From: Escherichia coli
GTDB lineage: Bacteria; Pseudomonadota; Gammaproteobacteria; Enterobacterales; Enterobacteriaceae
Direction: 5' to 3' (one strand)
Assembly (NCBI RefSeq): GCF_003790525.1
Contig: NZ_CP033635.1
Length of the DNA: 64,000 nt
The notes beneath the pieces are model-generated. The model searched no databases. It saw nothing but the letters and a program-made list of their open reading frames with translations, and was not told the DNA's origin. Below are positions 44,288 through 56,158 of this stretch, in pieces. Every line of letters starts with the position of its first letter. The stretch's first letter is position 1. Position numbers and translations under genes: made by a program.

Positions 44288-45193
44288 TTACATCTCCTGC
44301 GGTACGACCGATTTCGCCAGCAACCATTCACGAAATTGCTGCAAGTGCGGTGAGTCAGACTTCTCTTCCTGCCACGTCATAATAAAACGATTACCGGTAC
44401 GAATAGGCACATCACAGGGAATCACCATATCGCCACTATCCAAATCATGTTGAATAGCGAACCGTGGTAACAGCGCCACGCCGAGATTAGAGCGCACGGC
44501 GGCAATCAGCATTGAAAGCAAATCGAAACGTGGTCCGTTATTGACCAGCGGACTGCTAACGCCAGATAAAGCAAACCACTCTTCCCAGCCAGTAATACGG
44601 GTGCTTTGATGCAGAAGTGGTAACTCAGTAAGCAGTTCTGCCACTGACAGTTTTTGATCGGACATTGCAAGCAAACTGCCGCTGCATACCGGCAAAATCT
44701 CCTCATCAAAGAGATATTCTACTTCCGCCCAGGGCGCGCAAAAATTTTCGCGCATAATGACAGCATCGTACTCCCGATTAAGAAAATCGCCGTTATTAGC
44801 TAAAGAATGAATATTAACAATAATATCGGGATGTAACTTTGTGAATTCATGTAAATTTGGGATTAACCAGTGGGTACTAAACGTAGGATTCACGGCAAGT
44901 TCAATAACCTGAACCGTAGGCTGCCAGGTCATAATGGTATTGGTATCGCGTTCCAGCTTATTTAATGTTTCTTTTACTATCCCCAGGTAATACTTCCCTG
45001 CATCATTAAGAAAAATGCGTTTTTTAGAGTGTGAAAATAACGGAGTATGTAAAAATTCCTCCAGCGCACTTACTTGTCTGAATACTGCACTTTGGGTTAA
45101 CGCTAACTCCTCTGCCGCTCTGGTATAACTTTCATGACGTGCGACGACCTCAAAAGTCACCAGCAGTTCCGTTTTAGGTATTTTTCCTCGCAT
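44288..45193 (-). CDS. LysR-family transcriptional regulator, 301 aa
   Basis: N-terminal HTH (ELALTQSAVFRQVSALEE) and LysR substrate-binding domain. Followed by a 370-bp AT-rich upstream region. Confidence 0.88.
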   Translation of the reverse strand: MRGKIPKTELLVTFEVVARHESYTRAAEELALTQSAVFRQVSALEEFLHTPLFSHSKKRIFLNDAGKYYLGIVKETLNKLERDTNTIMTWQPTVQVIELAVNPTFSTHWLIPNLHEFTKLHPDIIVNIHSLANNGDFLNREYDAVIMRENFCAPWAEVEYLFDEEILPVCSGSLLAMSDQKLSVAELLTELPLLHQSTRITGWEEWFALSGVSSPLVNNGPRFDLLSMLIAAVRSNLGVALLPRFAIQHDLDSGDMVIPCDVPIRTGNRFIMTWQEEKSDSPHLQQFREWLLAKSVVPQEM

Positions 45194-45755
45194 AATGCCT
45201 TCCCTTAAAAATAGTTGAAACTATCAAAAAACCATTACTTATTGCTAAGTAATGGCAACCAAAGCAGCAATCAATATTTTATAAAAATCATGTTCGATAT
45301 TTATAACCTGGTAAGCCTGGCGTGACAATTGTCTTAATCAGATAATAATAATCCGAAAAGCACAGCACCTTTCGAATTATCAGGAATTACATTAAGTGAA
45401 AATTATTAAATTGATATCATTTATCATATCTGTGGATATTATGATAAACAATCAACATAGATTTTATTTTTGATTTATAGCATATCCCTCTAAGAATTTT
45501 TGCGATGCTTCAATATCCGGGGTAAAGACCCGATCCTGACTGACAAATGGCACGACTTGACGATAAGCGGTGAACATCGCTTTTGTTGATTTACTTAACG
45601 CTACGGTCAAACGCTGGGAAGCCAGTGCATCAGGTAACGATTCGAAATTCGCCGTCGTTCTTATTCGTGGCTTGCGGTCGGTCGCGGCAATCCACAGTGG
45701 CTGTGGTCATGCAGTCAAGCCTGCAGTCAGATTCCGACCGTGGTTAACGTTTAAG

Positions 45756-45783
45756 GCATAAAAAAGGCCATCATATGATGGCC
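45756..45783 (-). terminator. Intrinsic terminator of the sdh-suc transcript
   Basis: GGCCATCAT-ATGATGGCC perfect palindrome followed on the minus strand by TTTTTTAT, about 75 nt downstream of the sucD stop. Confidence 0.75.
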
Positions 45784-45858
45784 AACCATGTCGAAACCGA
45801 CAGCCCTTCGCCATTCCTGTAGAGGGAAGCGGCGAGGGCTATTTCTTATTACAGATAT
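45756..45858 (-). ncRNA. sdhX: Probable SdhX (RybD) sRNA derived from the sucD 3' UTR
   Basis: By position: the segment between the sucD stop and its terminator, where K-12 encodes SdhX. Sequence identity to SdhX was not verified from memory. Confidence 0.4.
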
Positions 45859-46728
45859 TTATTTCAGAACAGTTTTCAGTGCTTCACCGATATCCGCCAG
45901 GCTGCGAACGGTTTTCACGCCTGCGGCTTCCAGAGCAGCAAATTTCTCATCCGCAGTCCCTTTCCCACCGGCAATGATGGCACCCGCGTGGCCCATACGT
46001 TTGCCTTTCGGCGCAGTCACACCAGCGATGTAACCCACAACAGGCTTGGTAACGTGCTCTTTGATGTACGCAGCCGCTTCTTCTTCAGCGCTACCGCCGA
46101 TCTCACCGATCATCACGATCGCTTCGGTCTGCGGATCTTTTTCGAACATTTCGAGGATGTCGATAAAGTTAGAGCCAGGGATCGGGTCGCCGCCGATACC
46201 AACACAGGTCGACTGACCGAAACCGTAATCCGTGGTCTGTTTAACCGCTTCATAGGTCAGTGTACCGGAACGGGAAACGATACCCACTTTACCCGGTTTG
46301 TGAATGTGACCAGGCTGGATACCGATTTTGCATTCACCCGGAGTGATAACGCCCGGGCAGTTCGGGCCGATCATGCGAACGCCCGCTTCATCCAGTTTCA
46401 CCTTCACGGTCAGCATATCCAGCGTCGGGATGCCTTCAGTGATGGTGATAATCAGTTTGATGCCTGCATCAATAGCTTCCAGAATGGAGTCTTTGCAGAA
46501 CGGTGCTGGTACGTAGATAACAGAAGCGGTAGCGCCAGTAGCAGCAACAGCTTCACGCACGGTGTTGAACACCGGCAGGCCGAGGTGGGTGGTGCCGCCT
46601 TTACCTGGGGTTACGCCGCCAACCATTTTAGTGCCGTATGCAATAGCCTGTTCTGAGTGGAAAGTCCCCTGGCTACCGGTAAAGCCCTGGCAGATAACCT
46701 TGGTGTTTTTATCAATTAAAATGGACAT
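45859..46728 (-). CDS. sucD: Succinyl-CoA synthetase alpha subunit, 289 aa
   Basis: Full-length match. Confidence 0.96.
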
Positions 46729-47894
46729 TATTTCCCCTCCACTGCGGCAACAACCTGCTGAGCTGCATCCGTCAGACCTTTTGCTGCAATAATATTCAGG
46801 CCGCTGTCAGCCAGTTTCTTCGCGCCGAGTTCGGCGTTGTTACCTTCCAGACGTACCACGACCGGTACGTTAACACCCACTTCCGCTACCGCGCCGATGA
46901 TACCGTCAGCGATCAGGTCGCAACGAACGATACCGCCGAAGATGTTAACCAGAACGGCTTTCACTTTGTCGTCAGAGAGGATGATTTTGAACGCTTCGGT
47001 TACGCGCTCTTTGGTTGCGCCGCCGCCAACGTCCAGGAAGTTAGCTGGTTCGCCGCCGTGCAGTTTAACGATGTCCATGGTGCCCATCGCCAGGCCTGCG
47101 CCGTTAACCATACAACCGATGTTACCGTCCAGCGCAACGTAGTTCAGTTCCCACTGTGCAGCCTGTGCTTCACGCGGATCTTCCTGCGACTGGTCACGCA
47201 TTTCGCGCAGATCAGGCTGGCGGAACAGTGCGTTGCCATCAGCGCCCAGTTTGCCGTCGAGGCAAATCAGATCGCCCTGTTTGGTGATGACCAGCGGGTT
47301 GATTTCGATCAGCGCCAGGTCGCGCTCCAGGAAAATGGTCGCCAGGCCCATGAAGATTTTGGTGAACTGCTGAACCAGTTTACCTTCCAGACCCAGTTTG
47401 AACGCCAGCTCGCGTCCCTGATACGGCATCGGGCCAGTCAGCGGATCAAGCGCAACTTTGTGGATCAGGTGCGGAGTTTCTTCCGCCACTTTTTCGATTT
47501 CCACGCCGCCTTCGGTGGAGGCCATAAAGACCACGCGACGTGAACTACGGTCTACAACGGCACCGAGATACAGCTCTTTAGCGATATCGGTCGCTGCTTC
47601 AACCAGAATCTGGTTAACCGGTTGGCCATTGGCATCTGTTTGATACGTTACCAGACGCTTGCCCAGCCAGTTTTCTGCAAAAGCACGGATGTCTTCTTTG
47701 CTGTTTACCACTTTCACACCGCCCGCTTTACCGCGGCCACCAGCGTGAACCTGACATTTCACTACCCACGGACCGGCACCGATTTTTGAAGCGGCTTCTT
47801 CTGCTTCGCGCGGAGTAGTACAGGCATAACCCACCGGTGCTGGTAAGCCATAGCGGGCAAAAAGTTGTTTTGCCTGATATTCATGTAAGTTCAT
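46728..47894 (-). CDS. sucC: Succinyl-CoA synthetase beta subunit, 388 aa
   Basis: Full-length match. Confidence 0.96.
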
Positions 47895-47987
47895 GTGTTC
47901 TGTCCATCCTTCAGTAATCGTTATCTTTTAAACCGTAGACCGACACCCTATCCACGTCGGTCTACAGTGCAGGTGAAACTTAAACTA

Positions 47988-49205
47988 CTACACGTCCAGC
48001 AGCAGACGCGTCGGATCTTCCAGCAACTCTTTGATCGTTACCAGGAAGCCCACGGATTCGCGACCATCGATCAGACGGTGATCGTAGGACAGCGCCAGGT
48101 ACATCATCGGCAGGATCTCAACCTGACCATTCACCGCCATCGGACGATCTTTGATAGCGTGCATACCCAGAATTGCGCTCTGCGGCGGGTTGATGATCGG
48201 CGTAGACATCAGGGAACCGAACACACCACCGTTGGTGATGGTGAAGTTACCACCGGTCAGATCTTCAACCGTCAGCTTGCCGTCACGGCCTTTAACTGCC
48301 AGCTCTTTAATTTTCTTCTCAATGTCTGCCATACCGAGGGTATCGACATCACGCAGTACCGGCGTCACCAGGCCGCGCGGCGTAGAAACCGCCATGCTGA
48401 CGTCGAAATAGTTGTGGTAAACCACGTCATCGCCGTCGATAGAAGCATTCACTTCCGGGTAACGTTTCAGGGCTTCAACCACCGCTTTCACGTAGAAGGA
48501 CATAAAGCCCAGACGGATGCCGTGGCGTTTTTCAAACGCTTCACCGTACTGCTTACGCAGATCCATAATCGGCTTCATGTTGACTTCGTTGAACGTGGTC
48601 AGCATGGCGGTGGAGTTTTTCGCTTCCAGCAGACGCTCTGCCACACGCTTACGCAGGCGAGTCATCGGCACACGTTTTTCGCTACGTGCAGCCAGGGCCG
48701 GTTGCGCCGCCGGAGCAGCCGCTGCCGGAGCAGACTCTTTCGCCGGGGCTTTCGCCAGATGTTTTTCCACATCTTCACGGGTCAGACGACCACCTACACC
48801 GGTGCCTTTAATGGCGCTGGCATCAAGATTGTGTTCAGCCAGCAGGCGACGGATCGCCGGGCTTAACGCATCGTTGTTTTGCTCTTCCAGAGACGCCTGC
48901 TGGCGTTGCGCCGGAGTGGACGCTTTCTCTTCAGATTTGGCGCTGGTTTCTTTACCGGCGCTGTTGCCTTCACGCAGGCGACCAAGGATCTGACGAGACG
49001 TTACCGTTGTACCTTCATCTTCCAGAACCGCATCCAGAATGCCGTCTGCTGATGCCGGTACTTCCAGTACCACTTTGTCAGTTTCGATTTCTACCAGCAC
49101 TTCATCACGTACGACTGCGTCGCCGGGTTTTTTATGCCAGGTTGCGACGGTGGCATCGGCTACGGATTCAGGCAGGTCAGGGACCAGAATATCTACGCTA
49201 CTCAT
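47988..49205 (-). CDS. sucB: 2-Oxoglutarate dehydrogenase E2 (dihydrolipoyl succinyltransferase), 405 aa
   Basis: Lipoyl domain, Ala/Pro linker and catalytic domain. Confidence 0.96.
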
Positions 49206-49219
49206 TGTGTATCCTTTAT

Positions 49220-52021
49220 TTATTCGACGTTCAGCGCGTCATTAACCAGATCTTGTTGCTGTTTCTGGTGAACGGACATATACCCTACCGCCGGAGAGGC
49301 GGAGGCCGGGCGGCCTGCATAACGCAGAGAAGCCCCAAACGGAATCACTTCACGGAAATGATGCTGGCTGCAGTACCATGCGCCCTGATTGAGCGGCTCT
49401 TCCTGGCACCAGACAAAATCCTTGACGTGAGCAAACTGCTGCAACACTTCCTGCATCGCTTTATGCGGGAACGGGTAGAGTTGCTCGATACGCACAATGG
49501 CGACATCGTGTTGATTGTTCTTACGACGCTGTTCCAGCAGGTCGTAATAAACCTTACCAGAACACATCACTACGCGCTTCACGCCCTTCGGATCAAGCTC
49601 GTCGATTTCACCGATGGCTGGCAGGAAGGTGCCGTTCGCCAGTTCTTCGAGGCTGGAAACCGCCAGCGGATGACGCAGCAGGGATTTCGGCGACATCACG
49701 ACCAGCGGACGACGCATCCCGCGCAGCGCCTGACGACGCAGCATGTGGTAAACCTGTGCCGGGGTAGACGGTACGCACACCTGCATGTTTTGCTCAGCGC
49801 AAAGTTGCAGATAACGTTCCAGACGCGCGGAGGAGTGCTCCGGCCCCTGCCCTTCGTAACCGTGCGGCAGCAACATCACCAGACCACACATCCGGCCCCA
49901 TTTCTGCTCGCCAGAGGAGATGAACTGGTCGATAACCACCTGAGCACCGTTGGCGAAGTCACCGAATTGCGCTTCCCAGATAGTCAGAGTGCGTGGTTCT
50001 GCGGTGGCATAACCGTATTCAAACGCCAGTACGGCTTCTTCAGACAGTACGGAGTCCCAGACACGGAACGCGCCCTGGCCGTTATGGATGTGTTGCAGCG
50101 GCGTGTAAGTGGAACCGTTAGACTGGTTGTGGATCACCGCGTGGCGGTGGAAGAAGGTACCGCGACCGGAGTCTTCACCCGACAGGCGAACCGGAATGCC
50201 TTCGTCAACCAGCGTGGCGTAAGCGAGGTTTTCCGCGCCGCCCCAGTCGAACAGTTTCTCACCAGCAGCCATCGCCTGGCGATCGCCATAAATCTTGGCA
50301 ACGCGAGACTGCATTTCAACTGCTTCCGGCACCGTGCTGATGCGTTTAGCCAGTTCCTGCAGGCGCTTCATCTCAACTTTGTTCGGGTACTCTTCGTCCC
50401 ATTCGTGGTTGAGGTACGGCGACCAGGTGAAAGAGTGCATGTTCATCGGACGCCACTCTGCTACAACGCAATCGCCAGCATCCAGCGCATCGCGGTACAG
50501 GTTAACCATCTCGGTGGCATCTTCCAGCGTCGCGACTTTTTCCTGCTCCAGCTTGTCAGCATAGATTTTGCGCGGCGTCGGATGTTTTTTGATTTTCTGA
50601 TACATCAGCGGCTGGGTTGCGCTCGGCTCGTCGGCTTCGTTGTGGCCGTGACGGCGGTAGCACACCAGGTCGATGAAGACATCACGTTTAAAGGTGTTAC
50701 GGAAATCGAGCGCCAGACGGGTCACAAAAGCAACGGCTTCCGGATCATCCGCGTTTACGTGGAAAATCGGTGCCTGAACCATCTTACCGATATCAGTACA
50801 GTACGGTGTAGAACGAGCATCCAGCGGATTAGAGGTGGTGAAGCCAACCTGGTTGTTGATAACGATACGTACCGTACCGCCAACTTCATAACCACGCGCT
50901 TTCGACATGTTCAGGGTTTCCTGAACCACGCCCTGCCCGGTCACTGCGGCGTCACCGTGGATGGTGATTGGCAGCACTTTGTTGCTGCTCGGCTCATCGA
51001 GTCTGTCCAGACGGGCACGAACAGAACCGATAACTACCGGGCTGACAATCTCAAGGTGAGACGGGTTAAACGCCAGCGCCAGGTGCACCAGGCCGCCATC
51101 GGTCTGGAAGTCAGACGAGAAGCCCATGTGGTATTTCACGTCGCCCGTGCCGAGGTGTTCTTTATGTTTACCGGCAAACTCGTCGAACAAGTCTTGCGGT
51201 TTTTTACCCAGCACGTTCACCAGCACGTTCAGACGACCACGGTGCGCCATCCCGAGAACCACTTCGCGGGTGCCGCTGTTGCCAGCGTGGCGGATCATCT
51301 CTTTAAGCATCGGGATTAACGCGTCACCGCCTTCCAGCGAGAAGCGTTTTGCGCCAGGGAATTTTGCGCCGAGGTAACGTTCAAGGCCTTCAGCGGCGGT
51401 CAGTTCGCTTAAGAAGCGTTTTTTCTCTTCGCTATTGAAAGTCGCGCGACCAGACTCGATACGCTGTTGGATCCAGCGTTTTTCTTCGGTGCTGGTGATG
51501 TGCATATACTCGGCACCAATCGGGCCGCAGTAGGTTTGCTTGAGGGCTTCCAGCAGCTCGCCGAGTTTCATGGTTTCTTTGCCGCTGGCAAATGAACCGA
51601 CGTTGAAGGTCTCCTGGAAGTCTGCTTCGGTCAGATCGTGGAAAGACGGATCCAGATCGGCCACTTTATCTTGCTGCCACAGTCCCAGCGGATCGAGATT
51701 CGCATGCTGGTGACCACGGAAGCGGTATGCGTTAATGAGCTGCAGGACTTTAACCTGCTTCACATTGGTGTCAGGGTCGGAGATCGTTGAAGAGTAACGT
51801 GAAGCGTCTTTCGCCAGGCGGCGGAAATATTCACGCGTTTGAGAGTGGAATTGATCCGGTTTGACTCCCGTACCAGGTAACTGCTGGAACGTCGAACGCC
51901 AGTTAGCGTCAACCGAGTCAGGATCGGTTAAGAAGTCTTCATAGAGCTGTTCTATCCAGCTCTGGTTTGCGCCAGAGAGGTAAGAAGAGTCCAACCAGGC
52001 TTTCAAAGCGCTGTTCTGCAT
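49220..52021 (-). CDS. sucA: 2-Oxoglutarate dehydrogenase E1, 933 aa
   Basis: Full-length match. Confidence 0.96.
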   Translation of the reverse strand: MQNSALKAWLDSSYLSGANQSWIEQLYEDFLTDPDSVDANWRSTFQQLPGTGVKPDQFHSQTREYFRRLAKDASRYSSTISDPDTNVKQVKVLQLINAYRFRGHQHANLDPLGLWQQDKVADLDPSFHDLTEADFQETFNVGSFASGKETMKLGELLEALKQTYCGPIGAEYMHITSTEEKRWIQQRIESGRATFNSEEKKRFLSELTAAEGLERYLGAKFPGAKRFSLEGGDALIPMLKEMIRHAGNSGTREVVLGMAHRGRLNVLVNVLGKKPQDLFDEFAGKHKEHLGTGDVKYHMGFSSDFQTDGGLVHLALAFNPSHLEIVSPVVIGSVRARLDRLDEPSSNKVLPITIHGDAAVTGQGVVQETLNMSKARGYEVGGTVRIVINNQVGFTTSNPLDARSTPYCTDIGKMVQAPIFHVNADDPEAVAFVTRLALDFRNTFKRDVFIDLVCYRRHGHNEADEPSATQPLMYQKIKKHPTPRKIYADKLEQEKVATLEDATEMVNLYRDALDAGDCVVAEWRPMNMHSFTWSPYLNHEWDEEYPNKVEMKRLQELAKRISTVPEAVEMQSRVAKIYGDRQAMAAGEKLFDWGGAENLAYATLVDEGIPVRLSGEDSGRGTFFHRHAVIHNQSNGSTYTPLQHIHNGQGAFRVWDSVLSEEAVLAFEYGYATAEPRTLTIWEAQFGDFANGAQVVIDQFISSGEQKWGRMCGLVMLLPHGYEGQGPEHSSARLERYLQLCAEQNMQVCVPSTPAQVYHMLRRQALRGMRRPLVVMSPKSLLRHPLAVSSLEELANGTFLPAIGEIDELDPKGVKRVVMCSGKVYYDLLEQRRKNNQHDVAIVRIEQLYPFPHKAMQEVLQQFAHVKDFVWCQEEPLNQGAWYCSQHHFREVIPFGASLRYAGRPASASPAVGYMSVHQKQQQDLVNDALNVE

Positions 52022-52221
52022 CGTGATCCCTTAAGCATCTTTTTTATGCTTACTTCGCCGTGGATACTACCACGCACAATGATGTGCGTGCCGGGGTTCA
52101 CTTGCGAGCTCTTGTCTACGTAGTGGCTCGCGAAGGAACCTTTAAAAACTGTCTTAGTGTCAGGGGCAGTTTTTAAAGATTTCCTGAATAGCCGGGGGAT
52201 TTCCCCGGCATCAACATTTAA

Positions 52222-52938
52222 TTACGCATTACGTTGCAACAACATCGACTTGATATGGCCGATGGCGCGCGTCGGGTTCAGCCCCTTCGGACATACACTG
52301 ACGCAGTTCATGATGCTGTGACAGCGGAATACACTGAATGCATCGCTCAAACCGTCGAGGCGGCTGTCAGTCTCGGTATCACGGCTATCGATCAGGAAAC
52401 GATATGCCGCTAACAAGCCTGCCGGGCCGATAAACTTATCGGGATTCCACCAGAAAGACGGACAAGAGGTTGAACAACATGCGCAGAGAATACATTCATA
52501 CAACCCGTCGAGTTTTTCGCGCTGCTCTGGCATCTGTAAATGCTCGCGAGCTGGCGGATTTTGTCCATTATTCAACAGGTAAGGCTTAATTTTCTCATAT
52601 TGCGCATAGAATTGTCCCATGTCTACCACCAAATCGCGGATCACCGGTAAACCTGGCAGCGGGCGAATCACAATCTTCTTGCCCGGCTGGTTGAGTGCCG
52701 AAATCGGGGTAATACAGGCCAGACCATTCTTACCGTTCATGTTCAGACCGTCGGAACCGCACACACCTTCGCGGCAGGAGCGGCGGAACGACAGGCTGGG
52801 ATCTTTCTCTTTCAGCTGGATAAGCGCATCCAGCAGCATCATGTCGCGACCTTCTTCCGCTTCCAGGGTGTAATCCTGCATACGCGGAGCATCATCAACA
52901 TCCGGGTTATAGCGATAAATTGAAAACTCGAGTCTCAT
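52222..52938 (-). CDS. sdhB: Succinate dehydrogenase iron-sulfur subunit, 238 aa
   Basis: Full-length match with Cys clusters. Confidence 0.96.
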   Translation of the reverse strand: MRLEFSIYRYNPDVDDAPRMQDYTLEAEEGRDMMLLDALIQLKEKDPSLSFRRSCREGVCGSDGLNMNGKNGLACITPISALNQPGKKIVIRPLPGLPVIRDLVVDMGQFYAQYEKIKPYLLNNGQNPPAREHLQMPEQREKLDGLYECILCACCSTSCPSFWWNPDKFIGPAGLLAAYRFLIDSRDTETDSRLDGLSDAFSVFRCHSIMNCVSVCPKGLNPTRAIGHIKSMLLQRNA

Positions 52939-52953
52939 TTTCCTGTCTCCGCA

Positions 52954-54720
52954 TTAGTAAGTACGAATCTTCGGCGGGAATGCCGGGCGCAGTTTCGGTT
53001 CCATGTTGACGCTTCGGCGCGTCATGGATTCCGACTCAGGCAGATACAGGGAGTGGCACAGCCAGTTTTCATCATCACGATCCGGGAAGTCGAAGCGGCT
53101 ATGCGCGCCACGGCTTTCGGTACGGAAGTTGGCAGAAACAGCCGTTGCATACGCCGTTTCCATCAGGTTATCCAGTTCCAGGCACTCAACGCGCTGGGTG
53201 TTGAACTCGCTGGAAGTGTCATCCAGACGGGCATTTTTCAGACGCTCGCGGATAACTTTCAACTGCTCAAGACCTTTCGCCATCGCATCACCTTCACGGA
53301 AGACCGAGAAGTTATGCTGCATACATTCTTGCAGTGCTTTACGGATCGCCACCGGATCTTCACCGTTACGGTTGTTGTTCCAGCGGTTCAGGCGATCCAG
53401 AGACGCTTCTACATCAGACTCGCTGGCATCGCGCAGTGCGCCCTGCTCGGCGATAGACTCTTGCAGATGCAGACCCGCTGCGCGACCAAAGACCACCAGG
53501 TCCAGCAGCGAGTTGCCGCCCAGACGGTTAGCGCCGTGTACCGATACACAAGCGATTTCACCAACGGCAAACAGCCCCGGAACAACCACATCTTCGCCTT
53601 TCTCGTTCACCGTCAGCGCCTGACCGGTCACTTTGGTCGGAATACCGCCCATCATGTAGTGACAGGTTGGGATAACCGGAATCGGCTCTTTCACCGGATC
53701 AACGTGAGCGAAGGTACGGGAAAGCTCCAGGATGCCCGGCAGACGGGATTCGAGAACTTCTTTACCCAGGTGATCGAGTTTCAGTTTCGCGTGTGGCCCC
53801 CACGGACCATCACAGCCGCGACCTTCACGGATTTCGATCATGATGGAACGCGCCACCACATCACGGCCCGCCAGGTCTTTGGCGTTCGGCGCATAACGCT
53901 CCATAAAGCGTTCGCCATGTTTGTTCAGCAGATAACCGCCTTCACCACGGCAACCTTCGGTGACCAGTACGCCCGCACCGGCAATACCGGTCGGGTGGAA
54001 CTGCCACATTTCCATATCCTGTACCGGTACGCCTGCACGGATAGCCATGCCGACACCGTCGCCAGTGTTAATGTGGGCGTTGGTGGTGGACTGATAAATA
54101 CGCCCTGCCCCGCCAGTCGCCAGCACGGTAGCGCGAGCTTTGAAGTAAACCACTTCACCAGTTTCGATGCACAGTGCGGTACAACCGACCACCGCGCCAT
54201 CCTGGTTTTTCACCAGATCCAGCGCATACCACTCGGAGAAAATGGTGGTGTGGTTTTTCAGGTTTTGCTGATAAAGGGTGTGCAACAGTGCGTGACCGGT
54301 ACGGTCAGCAGCCGCCGCAGTACGTGCCGCCTGCTCGCCGCCGAAGTTTTTCGACTGACCGCCAAACGGACGTTGATAGATACGACCATCATCAAGACGC
54401 GAAAACGGCAGGCCCATGTGTTCGAGTTCCAGAATCGCTTCCGGCCCGGTTTTACACATATATTCAATCGCGTCCTGGTCACCGATATAGTCCGACCCTT
54501 TTACGGTATCGTACATATGCCATTCCCAGTTATCTTCATGGGTATTACCCAGCGCAACGGTAATGCCGCCTTGCGCAGAAACGGTATGGGAACGGGTCGG
54601 GAAGACTTTAGAGAGCAGCGCACAGGTCTGACCGCTCTGGGAAATTTGCAGCGCCGCGCGCATACCTGCGCCACCGGCACCAATCACAACTGCATCAAAT
54701 TCTCTGACTGGCAATTTCAT
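52954..54720 (-). CDS. sdhA: Succinate dehydrogenase flavoprotein subunit, 588 aa
   Basis: FAD-binding GAGGAG motif. Start at the MKLPVREF Met; overlaps the sdhD stop (ATGA). Confidence 0.96.
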   Translation of the reverse strand: MKLPVREFDAVVIGAGGAGMRAALQISQSGQTCALLSKVFPTRSHTVSAQGGITVALGNTHEDNWEWHMYDTVKGSDYIGDQDAIEYMCKTGPEAILELEHMGLPFSRLDDGRIYQRPFGGQSKNFGGEQAARTAAAADRTGHALLHTLYQQNLKNHTTIFSEWYALDLVKNQDGAVVGCTALCIETGEVVYFKARATVLATGGAGRIYQSTTNAHINTGDGVGMAIRAGVPVQDMEMWQFHPTGIAGAGVLVTEGCRGEGGYLLNKHGERFMERYAPNAKDLAGRDVVARSIMIEIREGRGCDGPWGPHAKLKLDHLGKEVLESRLPGILELSRTFAHVDPVKEPIPVIPTCHYMMGGIPTKVTGQALTVNEKGEDVVVPGLFAVGEIACVSVHGANRLGGNSLLDLVVFGRAAGLHLQESIAEQGALRDASESDVEASLDRLNRWNNNRNGEDPVAIRKALQECMQHNFSVFREGDAMAKGLEQLKVIRERLKNARLDDTSSEFNTQRVECLELDNLMETAYATAVSANFRTESRGAHSRFDFPDRDDENWLCHSLYLPESESMTRRSVNMEPKLRPAFPPKIRTY

Positions 54721-55067
54721 CACACACCCCACACCACAACGAATCCATAAATCACGTAAACCACCAGTGCAACGACAATCACCAGTTGCAGCATCAGGCG
54801 CAAGGCCAGCGGTTTAACGTAGTCGGTCAACACCTGCCACATGCCGATCCAGGCATGAATCAAGATAGAAAACAGCGCCAGCAGGGTGAACACTTTGGTG
54901 AACGCAGAGGCGAAGAAACCAATCCAGACTTCATATGTCAGCTCGCCACTGGTAGCGAAAAAACCGACCATATAAATGATGTAGAGCGTCAGGACGATAG
55001 CGGTAGCGCGAACGAGGATGAAATCATGTACGCCATTGCGTCCTAATGCGGAGGCGTTGCTTACCAT
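54720..55067 (-). CDS. sdhD: Succinate dehydrogenase membrane anchor subunit, 115 aa
   Basis: Full-length match. Confidence 0.95.
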
Positions 55068-55450
55068 ACGAGGACTCCTGCGAGAAGTGAAAGCACGACA
55101 GTAATAACAAAGGAGATTTTGGCGGAGCGTTTACCCGCTTCGAATGTTTCTTCCAGATAGCCAAAATCCATCATCATGTGGCGAATACCTACGACGACGT
55201 GATACGCCAGAGCGGTAAGGATGCCCCACATGATAAATTTGACGAAGAAGCTGCCCATAATCGCAGAAGCTTGCTCGAAACCTTCAGGGGAAGAGAGGCT
55301 GGTACCCAGAAGCCACAGCAGGATGCCCACTGCAACAAAGGTGATCACACCGGAAACGCGATGGAGAATGGACGCTATCGCCGTGACGGGGAACCGGATG
55401 GTCTGTAGGTCCAGATTAACAGGTCTTTGTTTTTTCACATTTCTTATCAT
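55061..55450 (-). CDS. sdhC: Succinate dehydrogenase cytochrome b556 subunit, 129 aa
   Basis: Start at the MIRNVKK Met rather than the ORF-track start. Confidence 0.93.
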
Positions 55451-56158
55451 GAATAACGCCCACATGCTGTTCTTATTATTCCCTGGGGACTACGGGCACA
55501 GAGGTTAACTTTCTGTTACCAGGAGACGTCGGGATTTCCTTCCTCCGGTCTGCTTGCGGGTCAGACAGCGTCCTTTCTATAACTGCGCGTCATGCAAAAC
55601 ACTGCTTCCAGATGCGAAAACGACACGTTACAACGCTGGGTGGCTCGGGATTGCAGGGTGTTCCGGAGACCTGGCGGCAGTATAGGCCGTTCACAAAATC
55701 ATTACAATTAACCTACATATAGTTTGTCGGGTTTTATCCTGAACAGTGATCCAGGTCACGATAACAACATTTATTTAATTTTTAATCATCTAATTTGACA
55801 ATCATTCAACAAAGTTGTTACAAACATTACCAGGAAAAGCATATAATGCGTAAAAGTTATGAAGTCGGTATTTCACCTAAGATTAACTTATGTAACAGTG
55901 TGGAAGTATTGACCAATTCATTCGGGACAGTTATTAGTGGTAGACAAGTTTAATAATTCGGATTGCTAAGTACTTGATTCGCCATTTATTCGTCATCAAT
56001 GGATCCTTTACCTGCAAGCGCCCAGAGCTCTGTACCCAGGTTTTCCCCTCTTTCACAGAGCGGCGAGCCAAATAACAAACGGGTAAAGCCAGGTTGATGT
56101 GCGAAGGCAAATTTAAGTTCCGGCAGTCTTACGCAATAAGGCGCTAAGGAGACCTTAA
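55451..56158. promoter_or_regulatory. Divergent gltA / sdhCDAB-sucABCD promoter region
   Basis: A 708-bp AT-rich intergenic region between divergently transcribed sdhC and gltA. It is known to carry ArcA/CRP/Fur-regulated promoters, but individual sites were not mapped here. Confidence 0.7.

Noticed and set aside
45570..46033. Two short plus-strand ORFs (63 aa and 81 aa) near the sucD 3' end
   Set aside because: One overlaps the sucD terminator/SdhX region and the other is antisense to sucD. Neither has a recognisable sequence.
49007..51319. 770-aa ORF on the plus strand, plus several other long antisense ORFs across sucA, sucB, sucC/sucD (46837..47543, 47895..48866) and sdhA (53053..54750)
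   Set aside because: They lie fully antisense to well-conserved full-length TCA-cycle genes. The predicted proteins are Arg/His/Gln-rich low-complexity sequences typical of spurious reverse-frame ORFs in GC-rich coding DNA.
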